64,000 nt of DNA from NCBI GenBank assembly GCA_013359255.1, contig JABWCF010000015.1, forward strand, positions 26-64,025, written 5' to 3'. Both the position numbers and the translations under genes were made by a program. The DNA comes from Flavobacteriales bacterium (GTDB lineage Bacteria; Bacteroidota; Bacteroidia; Flavobacteriales_E; Vicingaceae). Within the stretch, counting starts at the first letter, position 1, and each line of letters begins with the position of its first letter. The notes under the pieces were generated by a model. It did not search any database. It was given only the letters and a program-made list of their open reading frames with translations, and was not told where the DNA came from. Positions 9,384 through 19,600 of this stretch are shown in pieces.

Positions 9384-12275
9384 ATGAAAACAAAAATAAT
9401 AACAGCATTTGTCGCCATAATTTTTGTTACAAATATTATGGCTCAGAGTTCATATGTAAAAGTGAACTGTAATAATTTTGAGCTAAATGGTATCCCATTT
9501 CAACCATTAGTTTGTAATTATTTGACTCAATTCACTAAAGATTATAACAATAATACTTATTACTTATCTCCAAATTGGAATTATAGTGATAACTGGGGAT
9601 ATCCAAATACAGGAGGCCCCGGTAGATTTATTTATAGTTCAACAGATGATAAAGGAGTAAGTATAACAAAAGTTGGGAAAGATATGGCAAGAATAAAAAA
9701 TATGGGATTTAATACAATTCGGGTATTTGTTCAACCTGATAATAATAATGGGGTACTTGAAGTTCCTACAGGTTCTTATACTTCATACTTTTCAATTATA
9801 GATCAATTACTTGATTCGGCAAATACATATGATTTAAAAGTGATACTTGTTGTTGGTCCAAAAAAATCATGGGAAATACACGCGAGCTTTAAATCCTACT
9901 TAGAAATAATTTCAAACCATTTTAAGAATAACTCGACTATTTTGGGTTATGATTTATATAATGAGCCTTTTAATGATTATAGCCACAACAATGTAAATGA
10001 TAAATATAAAATTTCAAATTGGGTTTCTGAATGGTGCCACACAATAAGAAAACATGACATCAATCACTTAATAACCATTGGTCTTACTCATCCAGAAAAT
10101 TCAATAGCTTGGGATCCGCTAGTGATGCCAATTGACTTCGTCTCGTTTCATTTCTATGCATGGACAGAAAATTTACAAACCTCAAAAGATAGAATACAAG
10201 CTTATTTATACTGGGCTTCTCGAACAATTAAAATGCCTTGGATTATTGGAGAGATTGGATATAGTGGTACGAATACTTTTATAATTGACCCAGATGCTTT
10301 GGTTGGATCAGAAAATGACCAAGCAAATTTCGCTACTACAACCATGCAGAAATCTCTTGATTGTAATTGCCAAGGATATTCATGGTGGCAATATCAAGAA
10401 ATTAACTGGCAAAACCCTTGGGAGGATTATTTAGGTCTAATAAATAATTATGGTCCTAGTGGATTTGCAAATGAAACAAATAAACAAGCAGCAAGTGTTT
10501 TTTCTTCATATTCGTCAATGTCTGGAAATGCAAGTAATTGTACGAAACCATCGAATTATTACAATATTTATAATTATTCAAACATAGACTTAACGGGACG
10601 AGTGCTTGATAATTGGGGCATACCTGTTAAAAACGCTGTTATTATTGGTTGGAAAAATGTAAATGGTAATTGGCCATATTATATTACATATTCTGATGAT
10701 AATGGCTACTTTATATTGCGTTCAAATACTCCTGGCTATAATATACAAACATTATGGATATCGCTTCCTGGCTATTCTACTGTAAAGGCATCTAATCCAA
10801 TTTCCGGATTAAATTACTCTATAAAACCTATAAACTTTAATCGATGGACGAAAAAATGGACTAATGATGCAAACAATAAAATAGATGGCTGGTATGTTTT
10901 AGACACAGATCAATTTTTCTTTGCTGATTTTGATGGAAACGGGCAAGACGAATTGCTTTGTACTCAAAATAAAAATACGGGGAATAATTATATGACGATG
11001 TTATATTACAACAATTCCTCAGCTGATTGGGATTGGGGTTGGAGCAATTCTGGTAATGGGTGGATTGGCCCTTGGTACAAAAGAAATATAGATAGATTTT
11101 TTACTGGAGATTTTAACGGAGATGGGAAGTCGGACTTGTTATGTATGCAAGTTACAAATAACAATACTGATTGGTGGTCATTATTAAAGTTTAACAACAA
11201 TCAATGGAGTTATTTAACGAACAATTCTTATAATTCAGGAAGTGATTGGATTGGCTCTTGGCAAATACGCTCAATTGATGAGTTTTATGTTGGGGATTTT
11301 AATGGAGATGGTAAAGATGACTTATTTTGTATTCAAAAAACAAACAATAATACCGACTGGTTTAGTATACTAACTTTTAATCCCGTATCTGGCCTTTGGG
11401 ACTATCTTTATATTAATGGAATACCTATCACAAATTATGGTAGTGATTGGTTCGGGAGCTGGAAAATCAATTCTATTGATAAATATTATGTGGGGGATTT
11501 TAATGGAGACGGCAGAAGCGAGATTTTATGCACTCAATATACAGGTGGTTCAAATGATTGGATGGCTTTAAATAAACTTAATCTTTCAAATGGCACTTTT
11601 CAAAGGATTTGGTGTAATTGCGATAATGGAATACTTTATGATGATGGAATATATCCTTACAGGAATAAGTTAATAGTAGGAAATTTTGATGATGATTCAA
11701 AAGACGAAATTTTAGGTATACATACATGGGGTACAAAGTTCGATTTTGAATCAAATGATTTCCAATGGTCTTGGAGTACTGGAAATGGAGGTATATTTTC
11801 AGACTGGCAAGTATCTCCATCAGGTGAGAAATATTTTTTCACTAAAACTTACAAATATTCGCCCGAACAATTGATGTCCTTTAAGAAAATTGGATCAAAT
11901 TATCTTATAAATATGTATTCTTTTAATAAGGTAATAGAGTGCTCAACTCTTAGGAAGTTTAATCATACAGATTACCCGAATAACTCTGAAATTAATATCA
12001 TTAATGATGTTGATACTATACTGAATGTTTTTCCAAATCCTACAAATGGGAAAATATATATATCATTTGATTCAGATTCGAATTCTGGTACATTAATAAC
12101 CATAATCAATAATAAAGGAGAAATAGTTAGGAAAACATATCTCGATTATAAATCATCTATTGATAATATTGAGATTGATATTGATATGAAGGATTTATCA
12201 GAAGGAATGTATTTTATTAAGGTAATAAATGGTAAATTTGCTGCCTCTAAAAAGATTATTTATTTAAAAAAATAA
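9384..12275 (+). CDS. T9SS-secreted clan GH-A (GH5/GH2-like) glycoside hydrolase with FG-GAP/VCBS repeats
   Basis: Signal peptide; YDLYNEP acid/base and IIGEIG nucleophile motifs; repeated GDFNGDGxxD; C-terminal VFPNP...GMYFIKV T9SS domain. Confidence 0.8.
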   Translation: MKTKIITAFVAIIFVTNIMAQSSYVKVNCNNFELNGIPFQPLVCNYLTQFTKDYNNNTYYLSPNWNYSDNWGYPNTGGPGRFIYSSTDDKGVSITKVGKDMARIKNMGFNTIRVFVQPDNNNGVLEVPTGSYTSYFSIIDQLLDSANTYDLKVILVVGPKKSWEIHASFKSYLEIISNHFKNNSTILGYDLYNEPFNDYSHNNVNDKYKISNWVSEWCHTIRKHDINHLITIGLTHPENSIAWDPLVMPIDFVSFHFYAWTENLQTSKDRIQAYLYWASRTIKMPWIIGEIGYSGTNTFIIDPDALVGSENDQANFATTTMQKSLDCNCQGYSWWQYQEINWQNPWEDYLGLINNYGPSGFANETNKQAASVFSSYSSMSGNASNCTKPSNYYNIYNYSNIDLTGRVLDNWGIPVKNAVIIGWKNVNGNWPYYITYSDDNGYFILRSNTPGYNIQTLWISLPGYSTVKASNPISGLNYSIKPINFNRWTKKWTNDANNKIDGWYVLDTDQFFFADFDGNGQDELLCTQNKNTGNNYMTMLYYNNSSADWDWGWSNSGNGWIGPWYKRNIDRFFTGDFNGDGKSDLLCMQVTNNNTDWWSLLKFNNNQWSYLTNNSYNSGSDWIGSWQIRSIDEFYVGDFNGDGKDDLFCIQKTNNNTDWFSILTFNPVSGLWDYLYINGIPITNYGSDWFGSWKINSIDKYYVGDFNGDGRSEILCTQYTGGSNDWMALNKLNLSNGTFQRIWCNCDNGILYDDGIYPYRNKLIVGNFDDDSKDEILGIHTWGTKFDFESNDFQWSWSTGNGGIFSDWQVSPSGEKYFFTKTYKYSPEQLMSFKKIGSNYLINMYSFNKVIECSTLRKFNHTDYPNNSEINIINDVDTILNVFPNPTNGKIYISFDSDSNSGTLITIINNKGEIVRKTYLDYKSSIDNIEIDIDMKDLSEGMYFIKVINGKFAASKKIIYLKK

Positions 12276-12278
12276 AGC

Positions 12279-13139
12279 ATGGCTGGTTCCTTTAAAACAT
12301 TGCTAAAGTTTCTGATGCCAAAATATCAAAAACTCATTTTAGAATATAAAGTTGAATTTAAGCCAAGGTATGGGTATGGGTTAAAGCCCCATACCCTACT
12401 TTATGAACTTATAAATAAAAATAGATTTGTTTATATACATTTTCTTAAAAAAATTTTGACACATGAAAATATTTTTCAAGCAATAAAATCATTCGAGTTT
12501 GAAAAAAATGAAAATGAACCTACATGGAACAACGGTTTTCTGCCAGGGCTGGATATAGTATCTTTATATACTATTTTGGCTCATTATAAGCCAAGCAAAT
12601 ACATCGAAATTGGTTCAGGTAATTCTACTAAAGTAGCAAGAAAAAGTATTATAGAAAATAAATTAAACACAAAAGTTGTTTCAATAGATCCTTTTCCCAG
12701 AGCTAATATTGATCATTTGGCGGATGAAGTTATAAGACAACCTCTCGAAGATATAAAAGATTATCAATTTATTATTAGTGAATTAAAAGAAAACGATATT
12801 TTATTCATTGATAATTCACATAGATGTTTACCAAATTCAGATGTTACAGTTTGTTTTTTAGAGTTATTGCCTTATCTTAAAAAAGGGGTAATTGTTCATG
12901 TTCATGATATTTATTTGCCTTATGATTATCCTCAATTTATGTGCGACAGGTTTTATTCTGAACAATATGTTTTAGCGGCTTATATTTTAGCAAATCCTGA
13001 AAAATACAAACCAATATTTCCAGGTATGTTTATTAGTGAAGACAAAGAACTATCAGATATTATTTCGTCAATATGGGAACATTCTAATACAAGGGGTGTA
13101 GAAAAACATGGAGGTTCATTTTGGATACAGATTAATTAG
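12279..13139 (+). CDS. class I SAM-dependent methyltransferase (Methyltransf_24-like)
   Basis: YIEIGSGNST SAM motif; FIDNSH; VHVHDI. Confidence 0.8.
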   Translation: MAGSFKTLLKFLMPKYQKLILEYKVEFKPRYGYGLKPHTLLYELINKNRFVYIHFLKKILTHENIFQAIKSFEFEKNENEPTWNNGFLPGLDIVSLYTILAHYKPSKYIEIGSGNSTKVARKSIIENKLNTKVVSIDPFPRANIDHLADEVIRQPLEDIKDYQFIISELKENDILFIDNSHRCLPNSDVTVCFLELLPYLKKGVIVHVHDIYLPYDYPQFMCDRFYSEQYVLAAYILANPEKYKPIFPGMFISEDKELSDIISSIWEHSNTRGVEKHGGSFWIQIN

Positions 13140-13195
13140 ATTAAATATCAAACCCTCACTTTTTTTGTCATACTTTTTGTGCCGACACACTTTTA

Positions 13196-13233
13196 GCACA
13201 TTGCCGTCCTCGTTCCTGCGTGTGGCAAAGAGC
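13196..13233. repeat. CACATT...AAAGAG hairpin motif (X2, trailer of cassette 1)
   Basis: GCACATTGCC...GGCAAAGAGC. Confidence 0.6.
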
Positions 13234-13422
13234 TAAAGACAACCCTATAACAAAAAGATATGCCAAAAAGCAAACGCTCTTTGAAAAAATTCCTCGCTTC
13301 GAAAAAGTTAAATCTTTTCGACCGCTCATTGCCAACAGACAAAAAAGTGTTTCGACAAGGCAAAAAGCGAACAATAAAAACTATAAAAACACTATGAATA
13401 TAGCATTGCGGGACAGAACCAC

Positions 13423-13555
13423 TGGTGGTAACAGCACCTACCCAAAATTGGCGGTACAGTTGTTAAATCAAGCTATGTGCTTCAAAGTTTGTGCTTGGTT
13501 GACAGTGAAGTGCTTCAAAATCGCCACCTTCGGGTAGCTGCAAACCGTTGGCAGC
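13423..13555 (+). repeat. attC-like site B
   Basis: TGGTGGTAAC-A-GCACCTACCC...GGGTAGCTGC-AAACC-GTTGGCAGC. Confidence 0.85.
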
Positions 13556-13750
13556 AAGTGTATTAAGACAGACACGACAAACAAACGAGTGACAGAAACA
13601 GAAAAAAGTAAACCATTTTGACAGGTGACCAAAAACATAGAAACGATATTACAAACGGACAAGGAGTAAGCCGACACTCATTGCCAACCCTATATTTTTT
13701 ATTTTTTTCCCACCCGGATTTTTTAAAAACAAATTTAAGCCAGCACGCAA

Positions 13751-13812
13751 GTGGCACATTTGGCTTTGCCCCTACCCGCAAAGCCGACCCTTCGCAAAGC
13801 CAAAAGAGCCAC
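13751..13812. repeat. CACATT...AAAGAG hairpin motif (X3, leader of cassette 2)
   Basis: GTGGCACATTTGGCTTTGC...GCAAAGCCAAAAGAGCCAC. Confidence 0.65.
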
Positions 13813-13858
13813 TTATTATCAACGCTGATTTGTAAACAAAATTTACTTTATTGAATAT

Positions 13859-16687
13859 ATGATGAAGTATCTAGAATGGAATAATATCATATCGGCTTAT
13901 TTTTTCAATCCTGACAATGCAGGAAAGGATATTCATTTGTATCTAACCAAGAATGATATTATTGGTTTAGCGAGGCAAAATTTCAACGAAGAAACAGAAG
14001 ACGAAATTTGGACTGATTTTATCAATTCTATTAAACGAGGCATTCCGGGCTCAAACGGAAATGTGATTACAAAGGCAAAACACGCTCATTCCAAAAACAA
14101 TCTTATCGGCTTAAAAAAATCGGACGGAACATTTGCCACAATAGACGATGTTCCGGTATTATATCCACCTTACATTTCTTATTTGACTTTCTTAGTGCTA
14201 CCGTTAATTGAAAGTATTGATAACACTAATCTAAGAGCAAACAACTATTACGGCAGGCTTAATACTTTTTTACAAAGTAATCAAATAAATGAGAACATAG
14301 GAACAACCGATTTTAGCAACAATCAAATAAATAGTTTGTGGGAAGATTTGGCGAATTGGGCTAATATCAAAAAAAATGGTGATTTAGGTTTATTTAATGT
14401 AGTTCCCTTTTCAAATGCAAATTGGGTTTATGTTGGTAAAGTTTTTTCGCAATGTGTTTTACCGCCAAAATTTTTGAATCGTTTACCGGAACTATTTGAT
14501 TCTATTGGTTTAGTGCCGAACACGTTTTACGATGACAAGTTTTTACAAGATAAAATCAAAAACAGTAGAACAGATTTAATTCCGAAAAGCACGTTAGATT
14601 TTTTGAAAAAAGATGATGAGTTATCCAATTCAATTATTCAAACAATCCAACGTCAATACAAAAAATGGTCAGGCGAAACACACGAAGAAATTGAAGAAGG
14701 AACAAAAAAGAAAAGAAATTACACCGTTGCCCCCTTGTTTCTTCAATTTAAAGTAAACACAAACGATGAAGTTATTTCGTTCTCTTACAGAATGTATTCT
14801 TCAAATGATTATCCTGAAGATTTGAAATTTGGCGAACACGAAAACTTGTATGAAATCAACGGTTGGTCTAAAACACTACCCCTTGAATTTAACGAAGGAC
14901 TTGAACTGAAAGATAATTTCAACAAATGGATTGCAAAATTTCCAAATCGTGATGTGAGATTATTTGTAAGTGCAGGAACATTTCAGTTGAGTAATGATTT
15001 TTGGATTGAAACGGACTTTCTTTCAAAAACAGAACGAATGTATTTGCTATGCAAAAATGACAAACAAGAACTAATCAGAGATTGGGGTAAAACATTTAGC
15101 AACGGAAATTTTAAACAGGAAGATTTTGACGGCTTACCTGAAAACTATTCTTTGTTTTGGTTTCGTAACCCAACACAAGGTCTTACCGAAATTCCACTTC
15201 TTACACTCTATACCGAAAAACGAATTGAATTAGTTGGTGGTTTAAAAGTAAATTTCAGAACCTACTCAAATGACTTTTTACCGGAAGTTGAAATTGTAAA
15301 TTCAGACGGAAACGAAAAAGTGTATTTGCAATACAAAGACACAGACGAAAAAATATTTCTTTCTAAAAAGACATCGCTCAACAACCGTTGGCTATTGAGC
15401 GAAAAAACGGCAATAAATGCCGATTTTTATATTAAAGTTGAGGACGAAACTTTTTCAGGAAATGCACTTGTATACAATCTTGTTTCTTCTGACAATGCCG
15501 CTATCAAAGTTGATGAATCCAAATTGCCCAAAAGAGATTCCTTTGGAAGAAAAATCACAACTGATATGGAACAATATTGTTTAGGCAGCAATATCATAAA
15601 CCCAAACATTCAACGACAAGTCCCTTACACACATTTATTCCGTTCCATAAACACAGATACAGCCACACAAATAACAACAGCAATATTTAATCACCATTGC
15701 GGAAATAGACTTTGCGATTTTCTTTCATTAAAAGGCGTATTGACTACTGAAGAATTTTTCAGAGCATTTGAGTTTTACTATTCAAAAGAATTTACTGAAC
15801 AGCTGGTAAGTTCAAATTTCAATCTTACAAAATTGAAAAGAGCATCTTTAAATTTTTATGATTTTATCGGAATTCTTGATTATGATTATGAAACCAAAAA
15901 TATTGTGTTGAATCCTCCTCAATTAATCTACATACCTACAACAAAAGGAAGAAAAGTTTTGCTGATTGGTGCAAGAGATTCCGCATTGATTGAAACAATC
16001 ATAAAAACTGCACCAAAACACAATTTACAAGCAGAAATAACTAAACAATTTTCTTCCAATGAAAGATTGCTTTTACCCGATGTTATTACTTTAAAAGCAT
16101 TTCAACAATCTTCTGACAACTTTGGTGAAAAAAGCTTAGTAGCATTTGCAGATGAATTGCAGATAAAATTCAATGACAATAGCCTACCTCAAGTCGCATT
16201 CCTGAATTTTTCGGCAAGCATCACAGAATATGAGAGCTTATTACAACTTACAGATGAAAATGATTACGATTGGGCAAGATATAGTTTCAATCCTGAAACT
16301 TTAATGTTTGAGAAATGCGAGGAAAATTCAATTGATAAATCATTTTCATTACTTCAATACAAATTAAATGAATACACATACCAACACAAGCTATGGAAGC
16401 ATGGTAATTGTTATCAAATTGATATAAATTGGGGTAAATTTATTGCTTTAAAGCATTTTCAAAAAAACGTAATCTTGTTTGATCAAGCAAATAATAAAGT
16501 TGCTATACCCATAGAGCTTCCTTTACCAAGATTACTCGCAGAATCAATTATGTTGTTAAGTGGGTTTGCCCCTGACTTCAAAGTGATTGAAGATAAGAAA
16601 TATAGAATTTACGAAAATATCCCAAGTATTTTTACAACTAATTTATTCAGTAGGTTAGGTCAAACACCGATAAATACAACATTATGA
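13859..16687 (+). CDS. large hypothetical protein; putative Druantia partner (DruH-like)
   Basis: 942 aa with no recognisable catalytic motif; stop overlaps the start of a DruE-like helicase. The partner role is inferred from position and size. Confidence 0.55.
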   Translation: MMKYLEWNNIISAYFFNPDNAGKDIHLYLTKNDIIGLARQNFNEETEDEIWTDFINSIKRGIPGSNGNVITKAKHAHSKNNLIGLKKSDGTFATIDDVPVLYPPYISYLTFLVLPLIESIDNTNLRANNYYGRLNTFLQSNQINENIGTTDFSNNQINSLWEDLANWANIKKNGDLGLFNVVPFSNANWVYVGKVFSQCVLPPKFLNRLPELFDSIGLVPNTFYDDKFLQDKIKNSRTDLIPKSTLDFLKKDDELSNSIIQTIQRQYKKWSGETHEEIEEGTKKKRNYTVAPLFLQFKVNTNDEVISFSYRMYSSNDYPEDLKFGEHENLYEINGWSKTLPLEFNEGLELKDNFNKWIAKFPNRDVRLFVSAGTFQLSNDFWIETDFLSKTERMYLLCKNDKQELIRDWGKTFSNGNFKQEDFDGLPENYSLFWFRNPTQGLTEIPLLTLYTEKRIELVGGLKVNFRTYSNDFLPEVEIVNSDGNEKVYLQYKDTDEKIFLSKKTSLNNRWLLSEKTAINADFYIKVEDETFSGNALVYNLVSSDNAAIKVDESKLPKRDSFGRKITTDMEQYCLGSNIINPNIQRQVPYTHLFRSINTDTATQITTAIFNHHCGNRLCDFLSLKGVLTTEEFFRAFEFYYSKEFTEQLVSSNFNLTKLKRASLNFYDFIGILDYDYETKNIVLNPPQLIYIPTTKGRKVLLIGARDSALIETIIKTAPKHNLQAEITKQFSSNERLLLPDVITLKAFQQSSDNFGEKSLVAFADELQIKFNDNSLPQVAFLNFSASITEYESLLQLTDENDYDWARYSFNPETLMFEKCEENSIDKSFSLLQYKLNEYTYQHKLWKHGNCYQIDINWGKFIALKHFQKNVILFDQANNKVAIPIELPLPRLLAESIMLLSGFAPDFKVIEDKKYRIYENIPSIFTTNLFSRLGQTPINTTL

Positions 16688-19600
16688 AAGACCCCATAGG
16701 ATCGTTTGAAACAATTAAAGAGAATTTTATTCGCTATGTGAGAACAGCGTTCAGAACAAAGTTTAAAGGCGTTGAAAAAGAGCGATACGATTTGCTGAAT
16801 TACGACAGAGTTCTTTATCGTAAACCTTGGATTGAACCATTGCCCGACTATGTTTCAAGTGGAAAAAAAATAAACGACTTAACAGCTGAAGATTTAGGAA
16901 ATGCTTTGAACGAAGGAGAAATCGAAACATTCAAAGGACTTGTAAATACCGGACTTGTAGGGAATTTCCCTTTGCATTCTCACCAAGCGGAAATGTTGAA
17001 ACAAGCATTGCTTGGAAATAATTGTATAATCACTTCCGGAACAGGTTCAGGAAAAACAGAATCTTTTTTGCTTCCATTGTTCGCTCAACTTTCAAAAGAA
17101 CTTGCAAATTGGACAGCACCCAACCAACAATCTACAAGCATAAATACTTGGTGGCGTGAAAATGGTGGACTTTCTGCAAGGCAAATTGTCAATACTTCAA
17201 ATTTCACGTTAAGCAACGATGTAAGACAACGCAATCACGAAACACGAAAAGCCGGTGTAAGAGCATTAATTCTTTATCCAATGAACGCTTTGGTGGAAGA
17301 CCAAATGAGCCGTTTGCGTAAAGCGTTAGATTCTGACGACACAAGAAATTGGTTGAGCGAAAACACAAACGGAAATAAAATTTATTTTGGACGATACAAC
17401 GGAAGTTCACCTGTTGCAGGTGAGTTGAAGAAAATAAAAGATGACCGAACTTTTGCAATCAATACAAACAAAGTAAATCAACTCAAAGAACAGTTACAGC
17501 AAATTGAGACGGACTCAAACCGTGTTGCGCAATACATTCAACAAACAGGAAAAACAGGAAACGAAGCAAAAGATTTAAAATCATTTTTCCAACGCTTAGA
17601 CGGTGCAGAAATGAGAAGTCGTTTTGATATGCAAGTGGCACCACCGGACATTATGATTACAAATTACTCAATGTTGAGCATAATGTTAATGCGTGATATT
17701 GACAAAGGAATTTTTAATGAAACAAAACAATGGTTAGAAGAAAGCGAAAACAACATTTTTCACTTAATCATTGACGAGTTGCACTTATACAGAGGAACGC
17801 AAGGAACAGAAGTTGCATATTTGCTCAAACTTGTTCTTAATCGCTTAGGTTTAAATCCTAATCACCCACAATTGCGAATTCTTGCTTCAAGTGCTTCGTT
17901 GGAAGCAAAAGAAGAAACGAAAGAAGGACAGGAAAGCAAGCAGTTTTTGAAGGACTTTTTTGGAACAGAAAAACCGTTCAAAATTATTGAAGGAAAAAAT
18001 AATCCGATTACTGCGTTCCCTGAAAATGGAATAAAACTTCCAATAAATCCTTTCAAAGAAATTGCGAATAAATTTTCGGAAGTAAAAGGAAATATTACTG
18101 ACGTAAATTTCATTTCAACTTGTGAAGCAAGTGCAACACAACTTGAAACAGCGTTTAATTTATCACAAGACGGAAACGGAATTTCAAAATTAATTTCAGT
18201 AATAATCAATCCAAGCTTTCAATTAAAAGAACGTTTGTTTTCGCCTTGTCAAGATTACAAAGCAGTTTGTTCAACCCAAGCAAACGGTGATGATGATAAC
18301 GGAAAATATTTTGCTGAAACAATTTTTGAAAGAACATCCAATAAAGAAGATTTAGAAAATGCTTTGCGTGGTTTGTTGATTGTAAGAGCGATGTTAGACG
18401 AAAAAGAATTTGAAGACATTGCAAAAACAATTCCTGACGATAGGAAGTTACCACGTTTTAGATTTCACTATTTCTTTAGAAACATCGAAGGAATTTGGGC
18501 TTCTGTTAAGTCAGATGAAATTGACGAAGCATATTCAGACGAAGAAAGAACAGTTGGGAAATTATATTCTACCACACGTATAAATTCGGAAAATGGAAAC
18601 CGTGTTTTAGAATTGCTCTATTGTGATAATTGCGGAACAACCTTATTTGGTGGTAGCCGATTGGTAACAAGAAATGAATCAGGAAACAACTCTTTTGAAA
18701 TGCTTCCGATTAGTCCGAACATTGAAGGTATTCCTGAAAAAACGCCTGCAAAGTTGGTTGAAAGGCGAAGTTACCAAGAATACGCTGTATTTTGGGCTTG
18801 CGGAAATCAACAATACACGCCACACGATGCGGAAGCAGGTATACCGCAAGTTGGTTGGCGACAACCAACTATGAACGGTTTTAATCAAACTGATTTTCTT
18901 GCAGATTGGATTCCGGCTTCACTGAATTGTATTTCGGGCGACATTGATAATTCACATAACAAGGCGGAGGAAAAACCTGAACAATGGATAAAAGGATATT
19001 ATTTCATCATTACAAACAATTCAAATCGTGACATTGCTTTGCCTGATGCAAATGGAAACATTTCTACGATTGAAACACACAAAGCATTACCAAGCGTTTG
19101 TCCAAGCTGTGGCGTAAATCATCAAAAAAGACGACAAGATTGGAATAAAAATAAAACTTCTTCTATTCGTGGTTTTAGAACCGGTTTCGCTAAAACAACA
19201 CAAATGTTTGCAAAGGAATTGATGTATCAACTTCCGAGTAACGAAGCAGAAAGAAAATTAGTAGTGTTTTCCGATAGCAGAGAAGATGCGGCACAAATTG
19301 CAAACGGAATTGAACGCAATCACTTTTCTGATTTAATGCGTGAAGTTTTAGTCAAAGAATTGCATTCAAACTTGATGTTCCGTTTTCAAATTGTAGATGC
19401 TTTTGACAAAGGAAATACAGCAAGACAACAAGAGCTAAAAGAGCAATCGCAAACAATTTTTGATGAAATTGAATTCTTAGTTGAAAATTCCGCTTACACA
19501 GGAACAAACGCAAGCCGCATACGAGAAAAACAAGAAGCTGAAATAAAGTTGAACGAAATCCGTTCGCTGACTTTAAATGTAAGAAGTTTAGTTCACATCA

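Larger units (their letters stand above)
8871..13547 (+). mobile_element. cassette 1 (4677 bp): GH + methyltransferase
   Basis: Starts G|TTACCACCA and is closed by TGGTGGTAAC (10/10 complement). Confidence 0.8.

Noticed and set aside
13168-13854. Five short ORFs around site B (e.g. 13220-13537, 13618-13854)
   Set aside because: They are read-throughs of the trailer, palindrome and leader. Similar pseudo-peptides (GGNSTYPKLAV, ANSRFAKAGFS, GGNITYTQAGVS) arise at each site because the DNA is a repeat.
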